Origin: Glaucostegus cemiculus
Lineage: Eukaryota
Direction: 5' to 3'
Length of the DNA stretch: 64,000 nt
Assembly: GCA_976551045.1 (NCBI GenBank)
Contig: CDPCPM010000073.1
Location: 28,272,001-28,336,000, forward strand
The notes beneath the pieces were generated by a model that ran no database searches, was not told where the DNA came from, and worked only from the letters and a program-made list of their open reading frames with translations. The first letter of the stretch is position 1. Every line of letters starts with the position of its first letter. Below are positions 23,601 to 38,600 of the stretch, piece after piece. Made by a program: the position numbers and the translations under genes.

Positions 23601-26600
23601 CTGAAGGGCTACAGCAGTTCAAACTGGCTACAAATCACCTGGAAGCAATTGGAGATGGGCAAGGAATGCCAGCCTGAAAAAGTAATTTAGAAAATTTCAA
23701 TAACCAAATGGAATGGTGGAACGAAGTGTTGCATAAAACCTTTGATGCAGTGGTGAGAAGAAATGAGAATGTGATCAGCATGAATCATTATACCTAGTGA
23801 ATTTAACTACAAAGGCAGATGGAGATATTCCTAACAGTTTCTACAAATTTTAGTTTGTGAATAATCTGGAACTAGTGGTTTTTATTTTAATGAACTATCA
23901 AAACAACTTGAGTGATTTCTATATGCTGAAAATTTGTTTCTTATCATGACTCTTGAATATATAGGTGAAGAATGTGGAACTAAGTCCTCATACCGATTAT
24001 CAACTGAAGGCAACGGTGCAGATGGAGAGTCTCCAGGAAGCGATTTCAGCTGTCAATAGTTTACACAGATACCGAATAGGATGCAAGAGAATTCAAGTAT
24101 CATTAGCCACAGGAAATGTCAATAAATCTTTGGCTTTACTTGGGTAAAATTGTTTTGTCTCTACTGTTCAAAATCCCCTGATTTTGAAAATAGTTATTCA
24201 TTCTGTTGGCTCCTTTTTAACTTGGAAACCAGACCTCTGCATGTGCTGAAGTATATTAGTCATATTACGTGGACAGTGAGTAATGCTGATGGGTTGGGGT
24301 GGATTTGGGGAGTTAGCTGATTGCCTGGTAAAGATGTATTTGTACATCTATTTTTTAAATTCCCCTGGTGTCATATGTGCATTGAAGCAATTGTGATCGA
24401 CACCTACTCCTGAATTATTTTCTGTTACAAATCTGAACTTTACAGTTAGCTCTGTAAATTTTGTACTTGATTTTTGAACCAGTTGCATAGTTTTGTTTTA
24501 AATCTCTGCTAACTATAAAGGTCCTTCATAAAATTAATGGTTGCAACCAGTTTTTGTGGAACAGTTATAAGCAAGAAACCGTAATGGTCTGATAAAAGGT
24601 GCATTCCTTATTCTCAGCTGATAAATGGTGTAGTGTTTGATCAAAGGGGGAAAACCAACTCAACAGCATGACTGCACAGGCCTGTTTTCTTTCCAACTAG
24701 TTTTGAGAACTATTTTCTTTTCATTGCAACCCTGAAGTAAACTAACAAAGGCAAATGTGATTTATTTTGACTGAAAAGCTCCCTATTTTCCAATTATTGA
24801 TTAACAAATAACTAAAAAATTTATGAAGACAGTGTAATACACATGGTTTACGTGGACTTCATAGTGAGGCTTTTGGCAAGGTACCGCATGAGATGCTTGT
24901 CCAAAAGGTTAGGCTAAGAGATCTGAGGCATTTTGGCAAATTGGATCTAAAATTGGTTTGGTGGTAGGCAGAGCATAGTGGTGGATGGGTGTTTCTCTGA
25001 CTGGACATAGGGATTGGTACAGGGACCTTTTGTAATATATATATTTAAGTGACTAGGATGAAAATGTAAAGGGTCTGATTAGTAAGCTTGCAGATGTCAC
25101 AAAACTTGGAGTCATGGGCAGTGAAGAAGAATGTGAAAGTATGCTGTAGGACATAGATCAGCTGGAAAGTTGGGTGAAGTGGTGGCAGATAAATTTAATC
25201 CAGACAAGTGAGGTGATGACTTTAGGAGGTCAAAATCTGGTAGGATATTATAGAATAAATGGCAAATCCATAGCTCCCTAAAATTGGAGGCACAGGTGGA
25301 CAACTTAGTGAAGAGAGCATTTGGTAAGGATGCCCTCATAAGCTGAGGCATTGAGTATAAATGTTGGAATTTCATATTCCAGCTGTACAAAACATTGGTT
25401 AGATCACAATTAGAATACTGTGTACAGTTCTGGTTGCCGCACTACAGGATGAATGTTGTAGCAGTAGAGAAATTGCAGGAGAGATTCACCAGGATATTGC
25501 CTGGAATTGAGAACTGTAGTTATAAGGGGGGATTGGATAGGCTGTGTTTACTCCCAAGGAACATGGGAGGCTGATAGGTTGACCTTGGGTTTATAAAATT
25601 GAGGACATGTATAGGATAGAATCTCTGCCCCCCCCCCCCCCCCCAGTGCAGAGGAGACTAGAACTAGAGGGTATAGGTTTGAGGTGAGAGGGGATATACT
25701 TAAAGGAAATATGAGGAATGTTTTTCCACACAGCATGGTGGTTATCTGGAATAAACTGCTAGAGGAGGTACGGACAGGTACAGTCACAAAGTTTAAAAGG
25801 CATTTGGATAGGTAAAGCAGAGAGGAATGTGGGCATAATACAAATAAATGGGATTAGTGTAGATAAGCATCGTGGTCAGCATGGATAAGGTGGGTCTAAA
25901 GGACCTGTTTCTGTGATCTGCAATACAATAATTCCAACCTATGTTTAAGATTTTTGTGACGCATGCTTTGTGAAACACATAATGGAGTGGTAGCTAAAGT
26001 TCCAGTAAATTGTACTCTAAACAAATTATTTAAGACTGAACTTGGATGCTTGCAATAAGGTATCAAATGCCAGAATTAGCTCTTCACATGTGTCTTGGAT
26101 TGTTCAGTGTACCTGTCTTTGTTCAAGGAGAAACTGCAAAACAGCTTGTTTTAATAAACTGTATAGTATTTAAGACTGTCTTGCTCTATTTTGTTTTCTT
26201 TTATCATAGTTCTGAGGCCATATTGATCCTGCAGGACGCTCCAGCGTGTTGCTTGCCATTGCTAAAATTCACGGAACTCTATGAGAAAAGGTACCGGTTG
26301 TCAATCTGTGGGTTATAAATGCGCTGCCTTTCTGTTTGTGGAGTCCTGTATTCTTATGGAGACACAAGACTGCAGATGCTGGAATGTAGAGCAACAACCA
26401 ATGTGTTGGAAGAACTCAGCAGGTCGTGCAGCATCTGTGAAAGGAAAGGAATCGTCAGTGTTTTAGGTCCTGAAGCAGGGTTTCGACCTGAAATGTGACA
26501 ACTTTTTTCCTCCCACAAATGCTGTAAGACCTCCTGAGTTCCTCTAGCACATGATTTGTTGATCCTGTACTCTTGCATCCCTCTGAATTCAGGTGTATAA

Positions 26601-29600
26601 AAGAATTGAGTTTCTTAGGGAGATGCAAATTAAATGTTAAATTAATTATTAAGATATTGTAACTATTTGTTAGCAATTCTAAAGTTAAATTTGAATTTTC
26701 CAGATGCTATTGTACACACATCTTCCTTAAACCCCTCTAATTATATCAAGAATTTTGGATTTTCTCTTAGCAAAATGAATAGCCTCCCCTTTGTCACAGA
26801 TATTTTCAATTATATCCTTTTGCTCAGTTCAGCAGTATTTGTACTCTAGTATTAGCACACTTGTAATTGTTTTGTATGTATTATTTGTAGCATATAAGCT
26901 GATTGCACTATTCAGAAAATGCCATGAATTTTTTTGTTGGTAACTAACTCTTAAATCTCTTTCCAGATTTGGACACAAATTGATTGTGTCTGACTTGTAC
27001 AAATTAACTGACACAGTAAGTATTCGTGACCAAGTAAATGGACGAATGGTTTGTCTCCTGCCCAGCAGTCAGGCAAGACAGAGTCCGTTGTCTTCTGTGT
27101 TGTCGTATGATGGTTCGTCAGCCAATTGTAGCCCGGTTATATTTGAAGAACTAGAATACCATGAACCATTCTGCAAACAGCATTCCTCAGATAGAGGTTA
27201 CAGGTAGGAATCCTGTTTCTGTTGGTTCATGCATCAATAGATGTTCTATATTACTGATAAACAGTAAAGAATAAGGATCAAGATGTTTTTTGCTGTCTGT
27301 TTAAAACTGAATTAAATGAACCTTTCATTGTCTATAATAAATTTTGTTCACACAGCTGCTCTTCCTAAAGTAAATAAGTTGTTATTCTGTACTGTAGAAT
27401 ATCTTAATAATCTTGCTCATCTTACTAGTTTTGAATCAAAGGCAAGTTGATATTGTAGAAAAAATGTATAGGCCAGCTTCTTCAGCAAGAATCATAAGTA
27501 AGTTGCATTTATATGATTCTGGAATCTGGCTCAGCAGCAACTCTAATTTAGTCAATTTCGATGGTTAAGTCTCCAGTATAGTTATATGTGTAAATGCATG
27601 ATCTCTGAAATATTTGTTAGCGTTCTAAAATATAGATTTGTAGATTACTTCTGAAAGTGTGTGGCTAGGTTTGTATTAACATAATCAATATGAAGGATTA
27701 AAAAAAGGACTGTACTTTGTCAATTATCATTTACCTTACGATATCTCTTAAAATATTCCCCAAAAAAACACAAATCCTTTATTTAAAAACTTTGAGGATG
27801 AATGTCAATCAGTGTGGAAGACTCAGAATGTTTGGCTTTCATTTTGTTTTGCAGCGAGAATGAATTTGATCCAGATTCTTACAAAATACCATTCATAATA
27901 ATGTCCCTAAAAACATTTGCGCCGCAGGTTCATAGTCTTTTACATACACATGAGGGAACTGTACCACTTCTCAGGTGAGTCCTGAACTTTGGAATATTAC
28001 TGTTCTTTTGAGTGTCTGGGATATTGGTGTGATGAAGAAAATATTTTCTAGAAGTTTCATATCTGCCATGTGTTTATGCACAAACTGTTCAGAATTTCTG
28101 CATTCTAATCATCCTAAACTGTTAAGGTTAATACAAGAACAATACATTACTTTGACTTTGTACCACAATTTCAAAATTTTCTAATTTTGTATTTATACAT
28201 TGTTACTATCAGTTTGATCCTTCACTCAGTTACAGACATTCACTGAAAAGGCTATTTGTTGGCTGGTAAACTTCTGTTATATGAGGAACTTAGCTTGCCA
28301 GTTTGGAGCCATTCCATTAGGTTGACTACTCAAAGTTCAGGCCGCTTCCGCAAATGTGTTCACTTTATAAATGAGTTCTGGATAGTCAAGTGTCTTGCAC
28401 AATTGTTGCTTGATAAATTATAATAATCAAGAAGTGTCCTAAGAGGAGGCTAAGAATGGAAGGCTAGAGAAAAGGAGAACACTGTATTGGAAAGATAAGC
28501 AGTGAGGTGCTCTAAGGTTTTAGGGAATTTTATTCTACCTGTAGCTAATAGCAATTGAATCTGGACAAATAGCTGATAATACTGGCAATATCCAGATGCC
28601 CTAAATAACCATAGCCAACAGTATCATTAAGGTGTCTGTATTTAATGCTATATTTTGCCTGCAATAACTAGCAGTACTTGTGTTTCATTTTGAAATTATA
28701 GCATGATATTACATCCTGATGGGGCCCAGACACTTTTCTCTTTGGATTCTGGTGTTGACACTCTGCATGAATTGTCAATTCTGAACTAAGAGCATCATAA
28801 CTGATCTGTAGTTGGACTTCATATATCAAAATGGTCCTGCATAAGCCTACTCGAACTAAACCAAAAGTGCACAAGAGCAGTGGATTTGGTCTCATTGGCC
28901 ACTTCCTTCCACATGTTCTCCCAAAACAAAATGCTCCTGGACTATATTTCAGTGAAAGAAAATTTTCATAGAATAATGATTACAGAGACTTTTTTCCTTC
29001 ACTGTCTATGCTGAGGCTATTGCTCTTTATGTAACTGTTCCATTTTGTGTTTATATATTTAATATTTATACATTTAACCCATTCTCTGATCTCTAACCAC
29101 TTATCCATTTTCAATGGTCCAAGCCCTTATTCAAAGAAATCTCCTTCTCATTTGCCCCTTGATTCTTGCAGTGAAATTATTAGTTAGTTCCCAGGTTTCA
29201 ACCCTTTCTCTGAACCAACCTTCTTTTCCCACCCTTGCCCTTCACCCCATTACCTTCCTTATCGTATATTTACTGGTTCTTCCTATCACTTCCATTTGTC
29301 ATATTGTTGCTGCTCCCCTATACCCTGCAGAAAATGCTGGTCCCCATTGCCTTTCACTATTACTCTCATCTCAACTGGTTCCAACTATCTGATGTTGGGG
29401 GGAGGTGAAAACATCAAGACAGATATTCCTTTGTGAGAACCCTAGATTTCATGGGATAGGGGGTCAGAATGGTGGATTTAAAGCAACAAGATCTTGTGAT
29501 TGCTAGTTCAGATGTAGAGTACTGAGCAGTGTAAGGGCTTTGCAGAACTTGTCAGTATTGAAATATTCCAAAGCATATTAAAATGGACTAACACAGCCCT

Positions 29601-32600
29601 AATGAAGGGTCTTGGCTCAAAATGTCGACTGTTCATTTCCCTCCATAGATGCTGCCTGATCTGCTGAGTTCCTCCAGCATTTTATGTGCATTGCTTAAAA
29701 TGGGCTAAAGCAGTCTAGATTCATTGGTCAGAAGTCCTTGATGTTTAAGCTACATTTAGGTTCTACTTCAAATTTGAATAACTCAAGGGGAGCATTGTGA
29801 AGTAATTGTTAAAGTAATTATAATGAAAATGCTGGAACTGCATTTCACCTGAAAGGTGCAAAGACATTTTTTGTATCTGGGAGGAATATTTGGGTGCAAC
29901 ATACATCCCATTTTAAATTTGTTTGAAGCCTAAGTGGTGACAATGAGATTACAGCCAATCGTAGAAGTTTTTTCTGTATAGTTTGACTGTCTGCGAAATC
30001 TCAAACATGTTGAGAATTCCACTTAAACATTTTTTTTTAAATGTCTGCAGTTCTTGGCTTCGATTCTAATTCCTCTCTAATGTACTTTGAGATTTATTGC
30101 TCGAAACTAGATTTTTTTTAATATACTGAGTAGGAGTTCTGCGAATGACCAGTAGACCATTTCAATAAAAGTAGAAAATGTGCTGAATTAAGTAAATTAT
30201 ATGGAGAGTGAATAACTCGTGTAATACCACTAAAGTGTAAAAAAAATAATTAAGCATTGTTACTCAGCACAGTTGTATCATTCTGTTCTATTGGTCTGCA
30301 CATTTTTCAATGTAGGAAATTGCTCCATTAACCTGAAGGAAATGGAAGCCTGCAGAATTTTTCCCATTGTCTACGTTATTCTTTCTCCCAGGAATGATGA
30401 GACCAATTTTGGCATAGTATTGCAACCCTAGTTGAAACCAGCTAACTGCACCATTGTGAATTGAATATGAAATTCCTGTTTATTAGCTCATAATCATAGA
30501 ATGGTTACAGTACAGAAGGCTGCTATCTGCCCCATCATGTCTATGCTGGGTCTACCCCTCCCCTGCAGTGCACTCCAGATTGGAATCACGCACTTTAAAA
30601 AAAAACATGTGTTTTACCTCATCACTGTTAATTCTCTTCTCCCTTTTTGACTGTAACCTCTAGTCTTGACTCCCTCCACCAAACAGAAGAGCCTTCCAAT
30701 ATCAACTCTGTCCAGAGCCTCATTATTTTGTAAAACTTTCATTGGCCAACTTCTCTCCTGTGACCATGAGACATAGGAGCAGGATTAAGCCATTCAGCCC
30801 AGTGAGTTCTCTGCCATTCGATCATGGCTGATTCATTATTCCCTCTCAACCCCATTCTCCTGCCTTTTCCCTGTAACCTTTGATGCCCTTGCTATCAAGA
30901 ACCTATCAAACTCTGCTTTAAATATACCCAATATCCACAGCCATCTGTGGCAGTGAATTCCACAGATTTACTACCCTCTGGCTAAAGAAATTCCTCATCT
31001 CTGTTCTAAAAGTATGTTCTTCTACTTTAAGGCAGCACCCTCTGGTCCTAGACTTACCCACTGTTGGAAACATCCTCTCCATGTCCAATATTCAGGCCTT
31101 TCAATATTTGGTAGGTTTTAATGAGATTGGGCTACCCCCCCCCCCAACCCATCCTTCTAAACTCCAAGTACAGGCCCAGAGCCATCAAATGCTCTGCATA
31201 CATTAACCCTTTCATTCTCAAGATCATTCTTGTAAACCACCTCTGGACCCTCTCCAATGCCAGCATATCCATCCTTGGATATGGGGCCCAAAACTGCTCA
31301 CAATAGTCCAAATATGGTCTGACCAGTGTCTTATAAAGCCTCAACACTAAATTCTTGCTTTTATATTCTAGTCCTCTTGATACAACATTGCATTTGCCTT
31401 CCTTACTACCACACAACCGGCACGTTAACCTTTAGGGAATCCTGCACTAGGACTCCCATAGACCCATAGAACAATACAGGCCCTTCAGCTCACCATGTTG
31501 TGCTGCCCTTCAAACCACACCTAAGACTATCAAACCTATCTTTCCCCTCCGCCTATCTTTGTATCATTTGCAAACTTGGCCACAAAGTCACCAATTCTGT
31601 CATCCAGATCATTAATATATAAGTAAAAAGTAGCAGACCCAACACTAACCCCTGCGGAATACCTCTAGTCACCAGCAGCCAACCAGGAGAGGCCTCCTTT
31701 ATCTCTGCCAGTCAGCCAATCTTCCATCCATGCTAGTACCTCTGCTGTAATACTATGGGCTCCTATCTTGTTTAGCAGCTTCATGTGTGGCACCTTGTCA
31801 AAGGCTTCTGAAAATCCAACCAAACAACATCCCACCAACTCTCCTTTGTCTATCCTGCCTGTTACTTCCTCAAAAATTGCAACCAATTTGTCAAGCAAGA
31901 TTTCCCCTTAAGGAAACTATGCTGACTTCGGCCTAAGTCAGCAAGTCCTGACGTAAGTAACTGTGAATGCAGGTCCACTTCATCCATTGTGTAGGCTCAC
32001 TCTTTGATCAACAATCCAGCTTCCTCCATTTGGCCTCTTATTTAGCTTTGTTTAACTACATCTTTTTACTTTTCCTATTTAAAGAAAAATGCCTCTATCT
32101 GCATTAATTGTTCCCAATTTTCAAGCATTTTATGCTTCATTGGACCTTCAGGCAAAGGTGTATTCTCATTCATCACTTGATAAAACAGCTTTGTAGTTTT
32201 TAACTGCCAATTACTTCCTAAATCAGTTGCGATCTGTGTTTGGAGCTGGACTTAAAAGTAGTTAAAATTGACTGGGAATGTCATGCAATCTATTCAGCCA
32301 GACCCTCAAAGTTGTTATACCTTCTGCTTAACAATTTGTGCATTCGTCCATGAGATGTAATCAAAGCCAAATATCTGAAGTTCTCATTTGTTCCCAGACT
32401 AAGTCTCAAGCACTATTGTCAAAACTCATGTTTCAAAACTGCTTTTGTGTAAGGGAGAGGGCTTTGTACATTATATGAATTTTTGTTATGATTACATCCT
32501 TCCATTGCCTTTTATTCCCATTGTGATTTTTCTCGAGTAGAAATTCTGAACCTCTTTTTTTTTCTTATAGCTTTTTAGATTGTTATGCATCTGAATTCAC

Positions 32601-35600
32601 AGTTCTGAAGATGGTGGAAGAGGGGGAAGGCGGCGTTCCTTTGGAGCACCTCATAACCTGTGTCCCTGGTGTTAACATTGTCACAGCACAGAATGGTATT
32701 AAAGTTGTAAAATGGGTTCATAACAATCCACCACCACCTAATGCTGGTAAGCTGATATTTTATCCATTTAAAGCAAGCTAACAGAAGGTCTGGATTAATC
32801 TATGACCTACAAAATATAGGTGCAATTGCAACAGTTTTTCTATTTTTTTTAACATTGTAATTTTTAGCTTGTAAGTACTTCTACTTTGAAATGTGGGCTT
32901 CCACCATGAAGCAGGGTCACAGTTTGGGAAGAGGTAATCTGATTGTTGGGTAAGGTTAGAAGTCTGAAATACACAAATAATGAAACTTGCCTTTTGTGGA
33001 GTCCCATTTCAGTACAATGCTACTAAAATGCCTTTGTCTGAGGAATACCCAGTGATGATTACTTCTGGAGTGGCATGGACTAATTTCTCTGGCAATGCTG
33101 TAGAAGAAATATTGCTTGGGAAATTGGATCATTTGACACTAGACTATTATGAAAATTACATCAGAGCACAAGTACAACTTGTGCAGGGGACTGTCTGGTG
33201 AAACTTGTAGAGTGTCACCAAACAGCTCAGACAGGCTAGTTTACACTGATCTTTGTTTTGTGTGGTTGGTGGTTCTGTAGAGAACTGCTGACTAACTAGT
33301 GTATGCATCAACAAGTTCTGGATTTGCACAGCTGCTCACTGCAGTGTAACAGTACTGAACACAATACATTTCTGTAACATACCAAGGTGAGGGACTAGAT
33401 AGAATTTATACTAAGCCCTGTTGCTTTATGCCAGCCCTTGAAGTTGCTTATCTTCATTGAAATGGCATACAATGCCAAGTTTTTTTTCCCCCTTGTGATG
33501 ATGTTTTTTAAAGTTAACTAAAAAATTCAGTTAGCATATTCTCTGATTTTAAACTTATCTTTTATTTATTTAACTTGCTATTTCAAAGTGCCCCCAGTCA
33601 TCAGAAAGAGATGGTGAAAAAGACCTTCTAGCAGAAGAATTGTCAGAAAAGCTCAGTAGTCTAGGGGTACATCCTCAGACCAAAGGACCATGTTGTATTG
33701 CCTTCAGGGGGAGCTATGCTGCTGCAAAAGGTTCATGTGGCCATGGGAATCGAGCACAAGTCATAACCCAGGTCAAGCACAACTGGCCCTTTGTGTTTTA
33801 CTCTGGAAAAAGTCCATTTTCAATGGAATAATGCTATATAATCAAATTTCTAGTCAAAATAAAAAGATTAGGTATATTACTGCACAGAGGATAAATGGAC
33901 AAACACACATTAATTATTCCCAATCATAAACATTGTATCCTTGTATTGCCATTATAAATTCTCTGTACAACATTTATAACCAAAACTGGCACTGCAATTA
34001 TACCCTTGGTCTATGATACGATTTCTCAATAAATGTCAATTTATAATTGACTAGGATTTTAAAGCACAGAACTGGACCATTCATACCAACTGGTCCACAT
34101 GAGCCTCTGCCATTCTACTTATTTTTGATAACACTTTCATGAATCACTGGGAGGTTCTGTTAAGTTAGACATAATGTAAATGGGGTTGTGAGTGCATCAA
34201 GAAAATTGGACAAATTGATATTTTTACATGCAGGCAAATGAAAATTTAAGATGCTGCTATTAGTTTAAAAATGAAAATTGAGCTATTGCTAGTAAAATCT
34301 GAGATTTTTACTTATTTGGAGCAATATATAAACACTACTAGATGTGGCTTGATTAAGTGCCTTTTCATGCTCACTGGCCTGCAGAATTAAATAATTACGC
34401 ACCCTTTTTATTTCTGCAGATCCTTGTTTGCTGCGCTGTAAGAGTCCAGTGGGAAATCCTCAGCTCATTCAATTTAGTAGAGAAATAATCGATCTAATGA
34501 AGAACCAGTCTCACTGCCTCCTATCTCAACACAAATTTATACCAGCCTATCATCATCATTTTGGGAAACAGTGCAGAGTTTCAGACTATGGCTATTCCAA
34601 GCTGATGGAGCTATTAGAAGCTGTGCCTCATGTTTTGCAGGTGAGTTTCATGGAAAGAAAATAATTTATACTCGTGACCTAAAGTACTGTTTTTCTTTCA
34701 GTAATTACAATTTTGGAAATATTAACTGGATTAATAGCTAAATGCATTGATTTTTTAATGAACAATCAAAATTGTGAATTTCTATCTGATTAAATACAAC
34801 AGCAACTACGTAGCAAGAACAACTTGTAGGATGTGCAGGCAAAAGTTATAGTTTGTAATTTTGGTTTTCAATCTCTGGTTAGAGGGAAAACAAAAGTACT
34901 CCAAACCCAATAGATTTGGTTTGAAAGTACTAATTGGTTGTATACCTAATTAAGATGATGGCAAATTTGTGTTAAGTTTCTATTAAATCTTTTGAATGCC
35001 ATTCCTTTTCATCATAACCCTACTTGCAACAATATTGTGCTGGGGGTGATGTTGAACATGCTTGTTGCCCATCGCTGCCTACCCTGAGGAGATAATACTG
35101 GCCTTGTTAATAGAACTGTTGATGTTCTTACCACTGTTGTTCTTGCTTTGTTCTTGTCCATTGACAAATTCCTTTATTTCCACTGTCTTTAAAATTCATT
35201 CTTTTTATTTTGTTACCCCATACTACTGGTTTGATATCATTGGTAATCTTTCCTGTTCTCCCAGTCTTACTATTTTTTTCCCTGCAATTTTTACCCATTT
35301 TATCTGGTGTCATTTGATACTTTGTTCTTTTCCTGGCACTAATACCTATGTAATTTTCTGTCCCATTTTTCCATCATGTGGCCTTCTACCTCTGGCCTTT
35401 TACCATATCTTTTTTGAGCTTGACCTATTAGAACATGAGCTGATTAGGGGAAAGCCTAGAATTTATTACTTGTCTCTTCAAATACAAATTTATTACAGAA
35501 TCAATTCCATTCCAAATCAATTAGGGAATGTATAAGAAAATTAATTATGAAACAGAAACAAATCCCTGCCTGATGGGGAAGGCATGGGACATGGACACCA

Positions 35601-38600
35601 GCCAGGACCTATATGCTAGAAATTGTAACTTAATCTGCATAAGACATCATACAAAGGGCAAGAGTGAAATAATTCAGATGAATAACAAATAAAAAACTGT
35701 CATAGAGTACTATCTAGGAAATACAAAAGATGAATACCACAAGAGATTTTAGATGGGTGTGATCTTGAATGATAAATCTCCAAGAAAATGGTAGATATCT
35801 AAACAGCAAGAAGGATATAAATGAAGGACTTTTTTTTTAACAAAAAAGCATCAGGACAAAATCTTCTGCAGAACAGTAGAATTAAGAATTTGATACAAGC
35901 AAGCAGCAGAGGATTTATTAACTCTGAATTCTGTTATTGAAAACTGAGAAGTTTGGCCTCAATTATCATGGGTACATTTTGCAATTATGATGTATTACCT
36001 AATGATTACAAAACCTTTTCAAAACAGTAATGTGGAAGCGCCTCCTCAATTCTCCTCCAAGTTGCACACCATCTTGCAGTACCATTTAACTGACCATTTC
36101 TTCTGACTGTTTATTTTAGATCCTGGGCTTGGGCACCAAACGCCTACTTGTATTAACTCACCGAGCACAAGTAAAACGCTTTACCCAAGATATACTCAAA
36201 CTTCTTAAATCTCAGGCCAGCAAACAGGTGCTCATAAGAGAATTTGGACAAGCATATCACTGGTAAGTATCATAAAATTCCATAATTAATTTTGGTTACT
36301 TGAGCACAATTATTTCTGATCTTTTGTTTTAGGTGAGGAATGGAATTCTACTTTGACATATAGTGGCCCTTGTCTCCTGAATGGATAATCCAAAGTGCAG
36401 TGTTGAATCATTTCTTCCCAATGCCACCCTCTGACCTCTAAGTGTGTGTCCAAGTCAGGGCAGTTAGTTTTGGTGGGTCTTTGCATGTTTTCAGCTGGAT
36501 TGAAACTAGAAAAGTTCAATTTTTCTGCAGCACAATATATTATTGAAGGTTTAAGACTCCCACTTTGAGTAGCCATTTTAATTTTGGTTCCTGAAGCAGC
36601 AACTCAGAAAATGAAGTGGTCTTCTACATGGGCATAGACAATATAAAGATGACAAATGGCATTTCCAGGCAATGACAGTAGATGTAATCACTTTGCCATC
36701 ATCCGATCCCTTGCTGTTGAAATCCTAGGGATCACCATTGATGAGGAAACAAAGCCAGACTGGACACGCATTTTCTGATCCAAGGGTAGGTCAACAGATG
36801 CCTCCTCTCTTTCTAGTTTGAGTAACTGGGAATGCATACATAAGCTTTGTGCTTAAAGCTTTTCCACCATCTACAAGATAGAGGTCAGGACTGATAGCTT
36901 GGACGAGTGCTCTGCTTGCTTGGATGAGTGCAGCAGTACATGAAGCTCGATACTATGTGGGCCAAAGCAGCCCACTTGATTGCACCCCATCCAGCTCCTT
37001 AAACTTTCATTACCTTCACTGCCATCACAACGTAGCTACAGTGTGTACTATTCACCAACTACACTACAGCTACCAGCCTAGGCTAGTTCTACAGCAGCTC
37101 CCAAACCCACATCTTCCACCAAGATGGATAATGGCAGCAGATGCACTGGAGTTGTACCTGCAGCTCCCCTCCAAGGTGCATGGTGTCCTTCAATGCTGCT
37201 GGATCTAAATCTTGGAATTCACCCCCACTAGCATGAGCAATTAATTCTTGCCTTTTTTGTTGTTGATAGAGGAAGAAACCAGCAGACCTTTTGAGAATCC
37301 CATACCCAAATTGATCATATTAGTAGAATGACAAGAAAATAAAGGACTCCTCTGACGGTTGGTGACCATGAAAAGTCTTGGATGGAAATCATGCTAAGTT
37401 ACAGAACATATTCCAAGTAACAATGGTGTTCCTTTCCTCGATAGATCATAAAAATCAATTAACATTTCTTCTTTGTTTGGTTCTCTTAGGTGTTTTTCAA
37501 AGGATTGGGATGTCACAGATTATGGTGTGTGTGAACTGGCTGACCTGCTTTTGGAAATACCAGATACTACAATCTGTATTTCAAAACAAGATGAAGATAC
37601 AGTGATTTCTATCCCAAAGAGAGGTACTTTTTTTTTCTTGCTTGAATTTCTTCTTGTTGTGATAACTATAATATTTGGCATAACTTCATGGTATTTTTGT
37701 TTAAGAAAGTGAATTTCCCTTTCCAAATATCAGCAGCCTTGTTACTAATGCAAAATGTACAAATACGTAGTGGTTAGTCTACAGGGCATTTTGATTTCCT
37801 TCTCCTGAGATGTATTTCTTAAAGGATGGGCAAGCCTTGAAGGTGGATTTAAACCTGTTATGAATGTTAGATGACTGGATTTGGCATTTTGTTGAAATGT
37901 AAATTTAGGTCAGTGATACAGGATCTTGGAATGTGTGCAATATGGTGTATTGCCACAATTCAATATGTCCTTGTACAAGGGCAGCGCCTGCAGTTGTCTT
38001 TGGGCAGAGATCATGCCCTTGAGCAAGGACATGGAATATTGTTGACTAGCCCACTACATATTGCTATTATTTTTCTCTGTAGTTTGTACCTTGCCAAAGA
38101 AAGTGAAAGTGATCTACTTATAGACCTTTGCATACGGTGAAAGGAAGTAGAAAAATTATGATTTTGAGCTATTAAGTAAACTAGTTTTTGATACGAAGTT
38201 AAAGCTAACTCAGTATATCCTCTTTATCATCCCACACCAGACTTTTCTCCCCCACCACCACCCCTAGCATAGATTTTAGTTTGGTTATGTATAAAATTTT
38301 AAGGTTGTGGAGAAAGTGGAGCTAGATCCAGACACAAAGCTTGTGTATGCACATCCTGCCCTCCTGGCTTATTACTTTCATTTATTACTTTCATATTTTT
38401 GGATTTATCATCATTCCTAGTTACTAGGACAGATTTGGGTATTGTGCATCAGTTCTCATTTCCCAAAGAGCATTTATGAGCATTTTTAAGACCACCCAAT
38501 GTTTTAAGGAGCTTCTAGTGTTCTCAAATTGCTGATTCATTGAACTCCGTTTTGTAATTTCCTTGGATTGGATTTTGTAGTTTCAGTCGTTCATCAGTGC

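Noticed and set aside
35062-35535. 157-aa hydrophobic ORF resembling a membrane protein
   Set aside because: Product of T-rich intron composition; TTG start, no recognisable motif, no fit to the MARF1 exon chain
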